A stretch of 64,000 bases of DNA from Octopus bimaculoides. Lineage: Eukaryota. The notes under the pieces are model-generated. The model saw only the letters and a list, made by a program, of their open reading frames with translations, made no database searches and had not been told where the DNA came from. This document shows, in pieces, positions 50,999-62,730 of the stretch. Within the stretch, counting starts at the first letter, position 1; every line of letters starts with the position of its first letter. Position numbers and translations under genes: made by a program. The stretch lies in NCBI RefSeq assembly GCF_001194135.2, contig NC_068990.1:26874678-26938677 (forward strand). Reading direction: 5' to 3'.

Positions 50999-51644
50999 AG
51001 GAGAAGAAGAAGAAGAAGAAGAAGAAGAAAAAAGAAAAGAAAAAGAAACATTTCCTTCATCAAGAATAATTTATTAATCTTAGTTAAATATGATGTGTAT
51101 TTTGTTAATGAGTGGAAGAGATACTAATTGCTTTCATTTAACAGTAAGAGGTGAAATTTTAGAGTGGTTCTAGTTGGTGACTTGATGTGTTCTACATCAT
51201 AGTTAACAGCACATTACTCAACACAACCTTCTGACCATGTATCATATACATACAGATAGGGATTTATAGATATATATGCATATATATATATATACATATA
51301 CATATATANNNNNNNNNNNNNNNNNNNNNNNNNNNNNNNNNNNNNNNNNNNNNNNNNNNNNNNNNNNNNNNNNNNNNNNNNNNNNNNNNNNNNNNNNNNN
51401 NNNNNNNNNNNNNNNNNNNNNNNNNNNNNNNNNNNNNNNNNNNNNNNNNNNNNNNNNNNNNNNNNNNNNNNNNNNNNNNNNNNNNNNNNNNNNNNNNNNN
51501 NNNNNNNNNNNNNNNNNNNNNNNNNNNNNNNNNNNNNNNNNNNNNNNNNNNNNNNNNNNNNNNNNNNNNNNNNNNNNNNNNNNNNNNNNNNNNNNNNNNN
51601 NNNNNNNNNNNNNNNNNNNNNNNNNNNNNNNNNNNNNNNNNNNN

Positions 51645-52006
51645 CAGTCCCACTGTGTGGCACCTTGGGCAAGTGTCTTCTACTATAGCCTCGGGCCGAC
51701 CAAAGCCTTGTGAGTGGATTTGGTAGACGAAAACTGAAAGAAGCCCGTCGTATATATGTATATATATATATATATATATGTATGTGTTTGTGTGTCTGTG
51801 TTTGTCCCCCCAACATCGCTTGACAACCGATGCTGGTGTGTTTACGTCCCTGTAACTTAGCGGTTCGGCAAAAGTGATCGATAGAATAAGTACTAGGCTT
51901 CCAAAGAATAAGTCCTGGGGTCGATTTGCTCGACTAAAGGCGGTGCTCCAGCATGGCCGCAGTCAAATGACTGAAACAAGTAAAAGAGTAAAAAGAGTAA
52001 AAGAGA
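51645..52006 (+). mobile_element. Composite B SINE (young)
   Basis: B1 + microsatellite + B2; close to the 5868 and 53430 copies. Confidence 0.9.
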
Positions 52007-52161
52007 GTATGCATATATCATATATATGTATTATATATGTATATATGTATATTATATATTTGTGTATATATATATATATATATATATACATATATATATG
52101 CTTATTATTTATATAGTATTATTAAATTCAATTTATATTCTTATAACAATTTTATATAAAA

Positions 52162-52530
52162 ATGATAGCATAATTAAAACTTATATCTTAATTTTAACTA
52201 CGGACATAGTGATAAAGTTTACACTTAAAACAAATATATTTTAAGGTACTTCATACTAAATTTATAAATTAATCCACTGAAATATTACAGATATCCCCAT
52301 TAATATACTAGTTTAAAACTACAAACCTTTTAGTTTTTTTGTTTCTTTTAACTGTCTTTCTTAACCTGTCGGTTTGTAGCTTTAAAGTAGTATATTAATG
52401 GGAGTATCTATAATATTTCTGTAGACTAATTTATAAATTTAGTATGAAGTACCGTAAAATATATTTGCTTTAAGTGTAAACTTTATCACTATGTTCGTAG
52501 TTAAATTTAAGATATAAGTTTTAATTATGC
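52162..52530. repeat. AT-rich hairpin/foldback: about 160-bp arms, 43-nt spacer
   Basis: 52168-52327 is the reverse complement of 52371-52530 with few mismatches. Confidence 0.92.
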
Positions 52531-53400
52531 CATCATCATCATCATCATCATCATCGTTTAATGTCTGCTTTCCATGCTGGCATGGGTTGGACGGTTTGAC
52601 TGAGGACTGGCAAGCCAGGAGGCTGCACCAGATTCCAATCTGATCTGGTAATGTTTCTACAGCTCGATGCCTTTCCTAACGCCAATTGCTCCGAGAGTGT
52701 AGTGGGTGCTTTTTACATGCCACCGGCACAGGAGCCAGTCAGGTGGGCCTGGCACCGATCATGTTCGGATAGTGCATTTTATGTGCCACCAGCACGGAGG
52801 CCAGTCAGTGGGTACTGGCATTGGCCACGTTTGGATGGTGCTTTTTGTGCCACTGGCATGGGAGCCAGTCAGGCAGACCTGGCATCGACTGCATTCAGAT
52901 GGTGCTGTGGCCAGTACCTCCTGGCTGGCTCCCATGCCAGTGCCACATAAAAAGCACCATCCAAATGTGACCGATGACAGTACTCCTTGACTGACTCCCA
53001 TGCAGGTGGCATGTAAAAAGCACCAACAGAATGTGGCCGATGCCAGTACACCCTTGCTGGCCCCCATGTTGGTGGCACATAAAAGCACTATCCGAATGTG
53101 ATCGATAAGCACGTAAAAAGCACCAACAGAATGTGTGTGACTCTCAGAGTCACACACTTATTGCAGGGGTCCTTCAATTTTTGAATGAGGCCGTTGTCAG
53201 TACCATGTGACTGGCCCTCGTGCCAGTGGCATGTAAAAGCACCCACTACACTCTCTGAGTGGTTGGCATTAGGAAGGGCATCCAGCTGTAGAAACTCTGC
53301 CAGATCAGATGGAGCCTGGTGCAGCCGTCTGGTTCACCAGTCCTCAGTCAAATCGTCCAAGCCATGCTAGCATGGAAAGCAGATGTTAAACGATGATGAT
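52531..53400. mobile_element. Two family R copies head-to-head forming an about 870-bp imperfect palindrome
   Basis: (CAT)n tail at left, (GAT)n tail at right; sub-repeat orientation flips near 52910. Confidence 0.85.
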
Positions 53401-53429
53401 ATATATATATATATAATATATATATAATA

Positions 53430-53793
53430 GGCGCAGGAGTAGCTGTGTGGTAAGTAGCTTGCTTACCAACCACATGGTTCCGGGTTCAGTCCCACTGCGT
53501 GACACTTTGGGCAAGTGTCTTCTACTATAGCCTCGGGCCGACCAAAGCCTTGTGAGTGGATTTGGTAGACGGAAACTGAAAGAAGCCCGTCGTATATATG
53601 TATGTGTGTTTGTGTGTCTGTATTTGTCCCCCCACCATCGCTTGACAACCGATGCTGGTGTGTTTACGTCCCCGTCACTTAGCGGTTCGGCAAAAAGAGA
53701 CCGATAGAATAAGTACTAGGCTTACATAAGAATAAGTCCTGGGGTCGATTTCCTCGACTAAAGGCGGTGCTCCAGCATGGCCGCAGTCAAATG
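53430..53793 (+). mobile_element. Composite B SINE (young), cut by a gap
   Basis: Complete B1 head GGCGCAGGAGTAGCTGTGTGG plus B2. Confidence 0.9.
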
Positions 53794-54289
53794 NNNNNNN
53801 NNNNNNNNNNNNNNNNNNNNNNNNNNNNNNNNNNNNNNNNNNNNNNNNNNNNNNNNNNNNNNNNNNNNNNNNNNNNNNNNNNNNNNNNNNNNNNNNNNNN
53901 NNNNNNNNNNNNNNNNNNNNNNNNNNNNNNNNNNNNNNNNNNNNNNNNNNNNNNNNNNNNNNNNNNNNNNNNNNNNNNNNNNNNNNNNNNNNNNNNNNNN
54001 NNNNNNNNNNNNNNNNNNNNNNNNNNNNNNNNNNNNNNNNNNNNNNNNNNNNNNNNNNNNNNNNNNNNNNNNNNNNNNNNNNNNNNNNNNNNNNNNNNNN
54101 NNNNNNNNNNNNNNNNNNNNNNNNNNNNNNNNNNNNNNNNNNNNNNNNNNNNNNNNNNNNNNNNNNNNNNNNNNNNNNNNNNNNNNNNNNNNNNNNNNNN
54201 NNNNNNNNNNNNNNNNNNNNNNNNNNNNNNNNNNNNNNNNNNNNNNNNNNNNNNNNNNNNNNNNNNNNNNNNNNNNNNNNNNNNNNNNN

Positions 54290-54354
<65 letters not shown>

Positions 54355-54974
54355 GTGAGACAGAGAGAGAGATTGAAGGATAGAGAGAAGAAGGGATAGT
54401 GATTCAATTTTCTGCCATATATATTTAGAGATGGATATAAAATATTTCTGTGCATGTCTCAACAGCTATTCTGAATTTTTATATTAACTTTTGCTTATTG
54501 GCTTCATCGCGATCTTGGCACCAGAGTAAATGGGTAATTACTATAAATATTGGATTCCTTGACCTCAGAAAAAAGAAATCATCATAATTGTCACCATCAC
54601 AAACATTGTCACCATCGTCCATTTTTTCCTAATCATCATCATCATCATCATCATCATCATTATTAATATTGCTATCATCATAAATTTTATCTCCATGATT
54701 TTCATTATTATTTAACGGTCATCACATTATTAGCAAAAGATATTACTTACCACCTTGCATCTATCTACATCTTGCAATTTTTCGAAAGGAAATATTCATA
54801 TTTGGTACAATATGGTTTTAAAAAAATATATATACTAAGTTTCCAAAATGGACACCTGACTCACACACAAAAAAAAAAAAAAAGGTTTCCCATAACCACC
54901 AGGATTCGATAAAAATGTGACATCAATATAATGCAGCACTGATATGAAACTATATTGATGTAACCGAAATGATA

Positions 54975-55610
54975 GTACACCAGCTGTTTGAAATAATACT
55001 GTGCCAGGCATTGAAAATAAAACTACACCAGATGTTTTAGATAATGGTATCCCAGATGTTTAAAATAATAGTGTGCTAAATATTTAAATCAGTACACCAG
55101 ATGTTTTAGATAATCGTATGCCAGATGTTTAAAATAATACACCAGATTAGAAAATTACTGTTTTCAAATCTCATGAGAGATATTCAGCAACAGTACTTTG
55201 GAGTAAAGATTATTTGCCACTATAACATGGCAGTCCTGGTTTAGGACTGGGTGGGTGTGCTAGATTCCCTTGTTCAAAAATATAAGGACACAGATAATGT
55301 TGTATAGCCAGTTGGAGATGATGTCACCTGGGGCTAAATTACAGCAACATTCGTCCTAAACCAGGACTGCCATGTTATACTGGCAAATAATCTTTACTCC
55401 AATATGCCGGATGTTCAAGATAGTAGCATGCTGGATATGTAAGGCGACAGTACACCAGATGTCTAAGATGGTAGTGCACAAGATGTTTAAAATAATAGTG
55501 TGCAGATGTTTAAAATATAATATACACCAGATATTTAAGGTAATAGAACACCAAATGTTTATGATAATTTCTATATGCCAAATGTTTAAGGTAATTGTAC
55601 ATCAGATAAT
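54975..55610 (+). repeat. Degenerate about 24-bp minisatellite (AGTACACCAGATGTTTAAGATAAT-like), interrupted by an insertion
   Basis: CACCAGATGTTT.A.ATAAT recurs at 54975-55147 and 55403-55610. Confidence 0.8.
55165..55401. mobile_element. Rearranged copy of the 49750 repeat with 49-bp inverted repeats
   Basis: IRs 55199-55247 / 55353-55401; interior inverted relative to 49833-49935. Confidence 0.85.
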
Positions 55611-55806
55611 ACAGTTCTATATTTAAGAGATGAGGAATTATTTACATTATTTACATTTGACAGCTATTTGTTCTCATCTTGTTTGTGGTTAACACAATGT
55701 TTTGGCTAATATACCCTCCAGCCTTCATCATCATCAGGTCACTTCCTGGAATCGAACTCAGAATCTTGGGATTAGTAGCCCACACTCTTAACTACTATGC
55801 CATATG
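55610..55806 (-). mobile_element. Family H deletion derivative (head fused directly to the hammerhead)
   Basis: Head CATATGGCATAGTAGTTAAGAG...GTTCGATTCC..GTGACCTGA joins CTGATGA of the body; (AAT)n and linker missing. Confidence 0.85.
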
Positions 55807-55811
55807 ACTGT

Positions 55812-55823
55812 AGTAGTAGTAGA

Positions 55824-55903
<80 letters not shown>

Positions 55904-56062
55904 CATCGAAAAATTCCTTAAGAATGAGAACCTAGGTATGAAATTTCCCCAAGACACCTGATGAAGGGTCGAGGGTGTATCAGCCGAAACGTGTTAAAAA
56001 CAAACAAGACGAGGACAAATATCCATCAAATGTAAATAATGTAAATAATGTAAATAACGTAG
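55812..56062 (+). mobile_element. Family H body: (AAT)n + hammerhead-like motif + tail
   Basis: GACAC-CTGATGA...CAGCC-GAAACGTGTT at 55953-55995. Confidence 0.85.
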
Positions 56063-56614
56063 GATATCAGATGTTTAAAATTTGACAGTCAGTGCTTTCA
56101 TCTCACAACAAATCATTTCTAATTATTAATTTGCATATCAGGACTGATGGGAATATTTGGAATAATTGAATGGAATAATTAAAAGGTCAACAAAAAATGA
56201 AAAAACAAATTTCTTGATGTAAAATTCCATAAGACACAGTGATTCAGTGGAAGGTAACATGAAAATATCAGTTCCTAATTAAAGCAGAAACCAGCAGTTT
56301 TTGAGGAGAAGGGTTAGTGGATGCCATCAATCAAAATTATGCCATCAATCAAAATTTTATTCATTGATCCCACAAAGGATGAAAGATAAAGTTGACTTTG
56401 GCAGAATTGGAACTCAGGATGCAAGAAGCCAAAAATTACAGAGAAATATCGACAAATGATGTCTCCAAAAAAGTGGAAAGTAAAAAGTAAGAAGAAAAAA
56501 AACCCAAAGAAGATTCTTAACACTTTGGAAGCATGAGTTTGGTTTAGCAGACCTGATTTTGTTTGATTCCATCCCTGGAAGACATGAAAATGGGTAGTGA
56601 CATGGTTTTGTGTT

Positions 56615-56720
56615 TCATCATCATCATCATCATCCAGTGTTTTAAATCCATGTTTTGTCCCCATTAATGGGGGTAGCCAGATCTACCTCAGTGCCATAGC
56701 AACTGAGGCAGGCAGGGGTG
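56615..56720 (-). mobile_element. Family D copy
   Basis: Similar to 28466-28560. Confidence 0.55.
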
Positions 56721-56799
56721 AACAACGAGAGAAACAAGTGGAAAACAAGACAAGAAACATAAAGAATGACTCTTCATCAGTTGTCGGCTGTTCATCTAA

Positions 56800-56985
56800 T
56801 GTGCTGGACTGGCCCTCATGCTGGTGGCATGTAAAAACACCCACTATACTCTTGGAGTGGTTGGCATTAGGAAGGGCATCCAGATCAGATTGGAGCCTGG
56901 TGCAGCCTCTGGCTCACCAGTCCTCAGTCAAACCTTCCAAACCTTGCCAGCATGGAAAGCAGACATTAAACAATGATGATGAGGA
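56800..56985 (+). mobile_element. Family R copy
   Basis: GAGTGGTTGGCATTAGGAAGGGCATCCAG and (GAT)n tail. Confidence 0.8.
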
Positions 56986-57560
56986 TTATATATATATACA
57001 CACACACATATATGATATTTACCATGTTTACCATGTGAACTACGTGAACTATGTGAAAACATGAGATAGATATTGTATATATTGTTTTTTTTTGCGCAGG
57101 GGCTCCTTGAGACATGCAATTTATTTTAAGGGTTATGCAAGGGTAAAAAGGTTGAGAAACACTGCCCCCAGGCCAACCAAAACCTCAGGAGTGAATTTGG
57201 TAGATGGAAACTGAAAGAAACCCATCATGTATGTTTTCGTGTGTGAGTATGTAAGTATATTTGGGAAAATATGTTTGCATGAAATATTTCTAGTATTGAG
57301 TATATCCAAACTTTAGAGATATCGGTTGAACATTCTTATTAAGCAATTACAGCATGGGAGACATGTATTAGTCATTCAAAAACATACCAACTTCACTAAA
57401 ATATTTAATTTTCATCTCACCAACTCTGACCCACCGACTGACATGACTTCAATGTTTAAGTGAAGTCAACAGTCTTTGTGTGTCTTGGAATGGCTAATGT
57501 ATGTCTTCCACACAATAATTGTTTTAGTTTCAAGACATGGTCTCAGATCAAATCACTTAC

Positions 57561-57620
57561 ATGATCGTGACGTCTCTGAAATTCTTATCAAGCCTTCCAT
57601 TAGAAATGTGTGCATTGCAT
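57561..57620 (-). CDS. Candidate 60-nt symmetric exon (CNAHISNGRLDKNFRDVTI in phase 2, or DAMHTFLMEGLIRISETSRS in phase 1)
   Basis: Acceptor TTATCTTACTAAATCCAG, donor GTAAGT, two open frames; no homology recognised. Confidence 0.3.
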
Positions 57621-57862
57621 CTGGATTTAGTAAGATAACAGGGTAACAGTGTTTGTAGGTTAGGTTGGGAGGAAGATGAGAAGAACTAAAATAAGATGGA
57701 ATAAAATTAAAGAAAATAAAATAAGATACAATAAAGCGGAAAAATGAAATAAAGTAAAATAAAATGAGACAACATGCAGTAGAGGTAAAGGTGTAGAAGA
57801 ATTTATTAATTTTCTATAAAAATTTGATGGATATAAATTTATGCTTTTTAAAGATCATGGCT

Positions 57863-58084
57863 TTAACCATTTAGCATCCAGATTATTGTCAAATGTTCTG
57901 TTTATTCATATTGTTTTGAATTAATCATTCAATATCTTGTTGCTAAAAGACTGTGATGATGTAATTGTCCATTTGTTGAATGACATTGTAGGGTAGGTGT
58001 GAGAGTCCAGATCTGTTCTGTTTGAACACAAAACAGGATGACTATTCTGGCCGGATGTGGTCAGTTTAAACGCTAATGGGTTAA
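57863..58084. mobile_element. piggyBac-like MITE with TTAA target duplication
   Basis: TTAA-CCATTTAGCAT ... ACGCTAATGGG-TTAA; 214-bp non-coding interior. Confidence 0.75.
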
Positions 58085-58654
58085 AGGTTTGTGGATATAA
58101 GTTTTAAAAGTTGTAAAGCTTATTTTATTCAATTTCAGCCAGGTTACTTGAGATACACCAACACAATAAATCTGATATTTCGTTTTTTGATTTGGTTATA
58201 AAAAAAAAGAAAAAAAAAAAAAGAAATAAGTGGAAATTTTACTGGTGAGTGTATTAAATTATAAGACACTAAATGAAACTCCCTAGACACAACCGAATCT
58301 GATATTATCGCACAGAAAAGAAAATCCATGAAGTGTTGTGGAGATCAGCTTCTCTGTAGATGTTAACATTCAAAATTACTGCAAAAGCACAACATCTCTG
58401 GTGAAATTATCCTAAATCTACATCAAAGCTAAGAAGATTAAGCATTTGCTCTCACACTCATAATCTCTGACCTGATTTGATATGTTAGAAATTGTTGTAA
58501 AAAACCTAGGATTTTTGGTGAAAAGGGAAGGAAAACTGAGATGACAATTCTATGTTCTGTAAATTGGATTCGGTAAAAAAAACATTATTGAAAATAAAAA
58601 AATTATAAAACTGTGAAAATAAAATAAAACATTAATGAAATTGAAGATGTATAC

Positions 58655-58815
58655 CAGTCTTTTGACTATGGCCATCCTGGAGCACCACCTTCAAGGGTTT
58701 AGTCAAACAAATTGCCTCCCCGCCACCATTAGTTGTTTTTATTAGAAAGCCTGGTACTTGTTCACTTGGTTTCTTTTAATGAACTGCTAGGTTACAGGGA
58801 CATAAAGAAACCAAG
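58655..58815 (-). mobile_element. Old B2 fragment
   Basis: GACTATGGCCATCCTGGAGCACCACC...GAACTGCTAGGTTAC. Confidence 0.6.
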
Positions 58816-58852
58816 ACCCCTTATCAAGCAATAATAGTAGAGATAAACACAT

Positions 58853-58886
<34 letters not shown>

Positions 58887-58936
58887 TAGTTTTTGCCCAC
58901 GAAGTCCAAGGTTATAGTAAAAAACACCTGCCAACA

Positions 58937-58963
58937 GATTCCAAGTTCGATTCCAAGCAGTGA

Positions 58964-59005
<42 letters not shown>

Positions 59006-59170
59006 CATTGAAAAATACTTTAGGAATGAGAACCAAGGATCAAAATTTCCCCAAGACACCTGATGAAGGCTGGAGAGTATATAAGCCGAAACGGTATGTT
59101 AATAATAAACAAGATGTGGACAAATATCCGTCAAATGTAAATCATGTAAATAACGTAAATAATGTAAATG
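58937..59170 (+). mobile_element. Family H copy: B-box half of head + (AAT)n + hammerhead body
   Basis: GTTCGATTCCAAGCAGTGACCTG(AAT)n...GACAC-CTGATGA-AGGCT..AGCC-GAAAC at 59055-59100. Confidence 0.85.
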
Positions 59171-59915
59171 ACACTGTATCTGCACACATGGAATTGAAGT
59201 TAATTTGTTTAGAATGGAGGAATATTTTATGCAGCTCATCAGAAAGAAATCGGATAAAATATTTCCTTTTTTCTCATGGAATTTTTCTGACTGACATATT
59301 TCCAAAATGGAAAGCTTTTAATATATTTCATGTTCTTTCTTATTCATATACTAACTGGTATTTTTCTTTTTTTTTTTTTACATATTTTTCAACATTATAG
59401 AGAAAAAAATGCCAAAAGTATATATATAAAAAAAATAAAGGAATGATGAAAAATATAAAATTTAAAAACAAAAATGGGAATAATAAATTAAAAATGTATT
59501 TGTAAAATAAATAAATAATATAATATAATGCTACCTCCATGGTTAACCTTGCCAAATTATCCATTGGAAAAGTGGATTATTTTGAACTTTAATGACATAT
59601 AATCTATATTTAGTTAAACATGGCGGAAAATAAAGAAGTGAAACAAAACAAGAAATGAAAAGGAAAGCAAAAAACTCCCAGTAAACCACTGACTAGACAC
59701 AAGGTGCCAGGTCGGTTAGGTAGATCAGTGAGATGAAGAGGCAGCTTTGGTGTTTCTCAGGAATTAATCAATATTAATATTTTTGAAGATCATCTTTTAA
59801 AAGATGATACGAAAAGAGATGGATGTTTCTGTAGCTTCCTCTGTCTGTTTCTGGATACAAGGGGAAAGGTGGGAGAGAGAGGGAGAGAGATAGAGAGAGA
59901 GAAAGAGAGAGAGAT

Positions 59916-59947
<32 letters not shown>

Positions 59948-60020
59948 CACATGTGTATGTGTGTACATTGTACATATGTATATATGCATGTATGTATGTG
60001 TATATGCGTATGTGTATATA

Positions 60021-60055
<35 letters not shown>

Positions 60056-60832
60056 GTAAATGTATCTATATAGAGATAGATGTGTATATATGTTTATCTC
60101 TCACCAGATGGAGTACTTTCTTTGTTGATCCTACCATCTCACTACAGTACGTTATANNNNNNNNNNNNNNNNNNNNNNNNNNNNNNNNNNNNNNNNNNNN
60201 NNNNNNNNNNNNNNNNNNNNNNNNNNNNNNNNNNNNNNNNNNNNNNNNNNNNNNNNNNNNNNNNNNNNNNNNNNNNNNNNNNNNNNNNNNNNNNNNNNNN
60301 NNNNNNNNNNNNNNNNNNNNNNNNNNNNNNNNNNNNNNNNNNNNNNNNNNNNNNNNNNNNNNNNNNNNNNNNNNNNNNNNNNNNNNNNNNNNNNNNNNNN
60401 NNNNNNNNNNNNNNNNNNNNNNNNNNNNNNNNNNNNNNNNNNNNNNNNNNNNNNNNNNNNNNNNNNNNNNNNNNNNNNNNNNNNNNNNNNNNNNNNNNNN
60501 NNNNNNNNNNNNNNNNNNNNNNNNNNNNNNNNNNNNNNNNNNNNNNNNNNNNNNNNNNNNNNNNNNNNNNNNNNNNNNNNNNNNNNNNNNNNNNNNNNNN
60601 NNNNNNNNNNNNNNNNNNNNNNNNNNNNNNNNNNNNNNNNNNNNNNNNNNNNNNNNNNNNNNNNNNNNNNNNNNNNNNNNNNNNNNNNNNNNNNNNNNNN
60701 NNNNNNNNNNNNNNNNNNNNNNNNNNNNNNNNNNNNNNNNNNNNNNNNNAAATATATATATGTATATATATATGTATGTATATATTTGTATATCTATATA
60801 GACACATACACGCATATATATGTATATGTATA

Positions 60833-60878
<46 letters not shown>

Positions 60879-60950
60879 AAGGGATAGCAGTGGGGGAGTA
60901 GCATCTGAGAAAGAGAGAGAGAAAGGGTGAGAGAGAGAGAGAGAGAGTGA

Positions 60951-60986
<36 letters not shown>

Positions 60987-62188
60987 TACAGCATCGAGAT
61001 GAAGAGAAAAAGGGTGAAAGAGAGATGAAGTGAAGGAAGATTGAAGAATTTGAAAGTACTTTGAGAAACCAGAGCCAAGAGTTGTAATTGAGAGCCTTGT
61101 GGAGGATGTTAGTAGGTTACAGGGATTTGGTGACAAGAACGGTTAGATGAGACCAAGTGAGTGGTTTGTACAGAGACAATTGATAGCAGTTGTTAGTTAA
61201 CGAATATCTTGTTCAATGCTTATATATTATGTAATGTGAATTTACTTTGCTTGCATCTCATTTCTGAGAGTTGTAGCAAGATCAAAGATCATATTCCAGG
61301 TTTTCAGGTTAGTTAACAGGTGATGATAAGATGTTCGTACATATGTATATCTAGGTTGTGTGTGCATATATATATACATATATAAGTATATTTGTGCAAG
61401 CAATAATAAATCTCTGAGCGAGGTATAAACAGTAGCTGCACAACATAGTGAAGTATATTTGCCACTTAAATGTGGTTAACCCTTAAGGGTGGATGCTACT
61501 GTAGCTTGTAGCCCCAGGAAGGCATCCCCTCCAGCTGGCTATTGACACACTTTCTGTGCCCTATCAGTATTTGCAAATGGAAGTCATCCTTCCCATCTTC
61601 ACGATACATACATATATATATATAGAGTCAGGATTTGAGTGCTATTTTTTCAGCGTGGCGGTATCTCTTGATACCCTGTATTATAATTTTAAATAATTAT
61701 TACCTTTGATGGTTTTTATTCCCATGCTGACCACTTGATAAGATCAATATTTTAAATATCGATCTTATCCTTATNNNNNNNNNNNNNNNNNNNNNNNNNN
61801 NNNNNNNNNNNNNNNNNNNNNNNNNNNNNNNNNNNNNNNNNNNNNNNNNNNNNNNNNNNNNNNNNNNNNNNNNNNNNNNNNNNNNNNNNNNNNNNNNNNN
61901 NNNNNNNNNNNNNNNNNNNNNNNNNNNNNNNNNNNNNNNNNNNNNNNNNNNNNNNNNNNNNNNNNNNNNNNNNNNNNNNNNNNNNNNNNNNNNNNNNNNN
62001 NNNNNNNNNNNNNNNNNNNNNNNNNNNNNNNNNNNNNNNNNNNNNNNNNNNNNNNNNNNNNNNNNNNNNNNNNNNNNNNNNNNNNNNNNNNNNNNNNNNN
62101 NNNNNNNNNNNNNNNNNNNNNNNNNNNNNNNNNNNNNNNNNNNNNNNNNNNNNNNNNNNNNNNNNNNNNNNNNNNNNNNNNNNNNNNN

Positions 62189-62220
<32 letters not shown>

Positions 62221-62245
62221 TATATACGTATATATGTATATATAT

Positions 62246-62378
62246 AGGTGCAGGTGTGGCTGTGTGGTAAGTAGCATGCTTACCAACCACATGGTTCTGG
62301 GTTCAGTCCCACTGCATTGCATCGTAGACAAGTGTCTTCTGCTATAGCCTAAGGCCGACCAAAGCCTTGTGAGTGGAT
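62246..62378 (+). mobile_element. B1 SINE, 3' truncated at the Tc1 junction
   Basis: Head through CTTGTGAGTGGAT. Confidence 0.85.
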
Positions 62379-62730
62379 GAGTTTTAATTTTCAAATAACG
62401 CCACAAATTTTCAATGGGGTTCAAGTCAGGTGACTGGCTTGGCAATTCTAATAATTTTATATTGTGATTGACAATCCATTTTTGGTAGACTTCGCCGTGT
62501 GCTTAGGGTCATTATCCTTTTGTAAAACCCACCCTTCACAAAGCTGGAGCTTTCCTATAGAGTCCCATAAATTATTGTTCAAAATATTTTGGTACATCTC
62601 TGCATTCATTCTACCATCTATCACATGTAAATTGCCAGTGCCATTTGCAGAGAAACACCCCTACACAATGATGTTGCCACCTCCAAACTTTACAGTCGGA
62701 ACTGTGTTTTTCGGCGAATAGGTGGTACCA
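62379..62730 (-). pseudogene. Tc1 (DD34E) transposase catalytic fragment
   Basis: [51 protein letters not shown]; one stop and one frameshift. Confidence 0.92.

Noticed and set aside
30940-51660. Two gaps (30952 and 51644) break family B SINEs at the same CAGTCCC position
   Set aside because: Most likely an assembly effect of near-identical repeats, not biology
54490-54530. Kinase-like HRDL motif (WLHRDLGTR) before GTAAAT
   Set aside because: In-frame stop upstream with no AG acceptor in between, and no other kinase motifs
58139-58244. Plus-strand exon with good splice sites and an open frame
   Set aside because: The frame runs through a homopolymeric A tract (poly-Lys); more likely intronic or intergenic low complexity
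3064-62290. Many long ORFs in the track containing X runs or YI/HT/CV/RE/LS repeats
   Set aside because: They come from N-gaps and dinucleotide microsatellites, which lack stop codons
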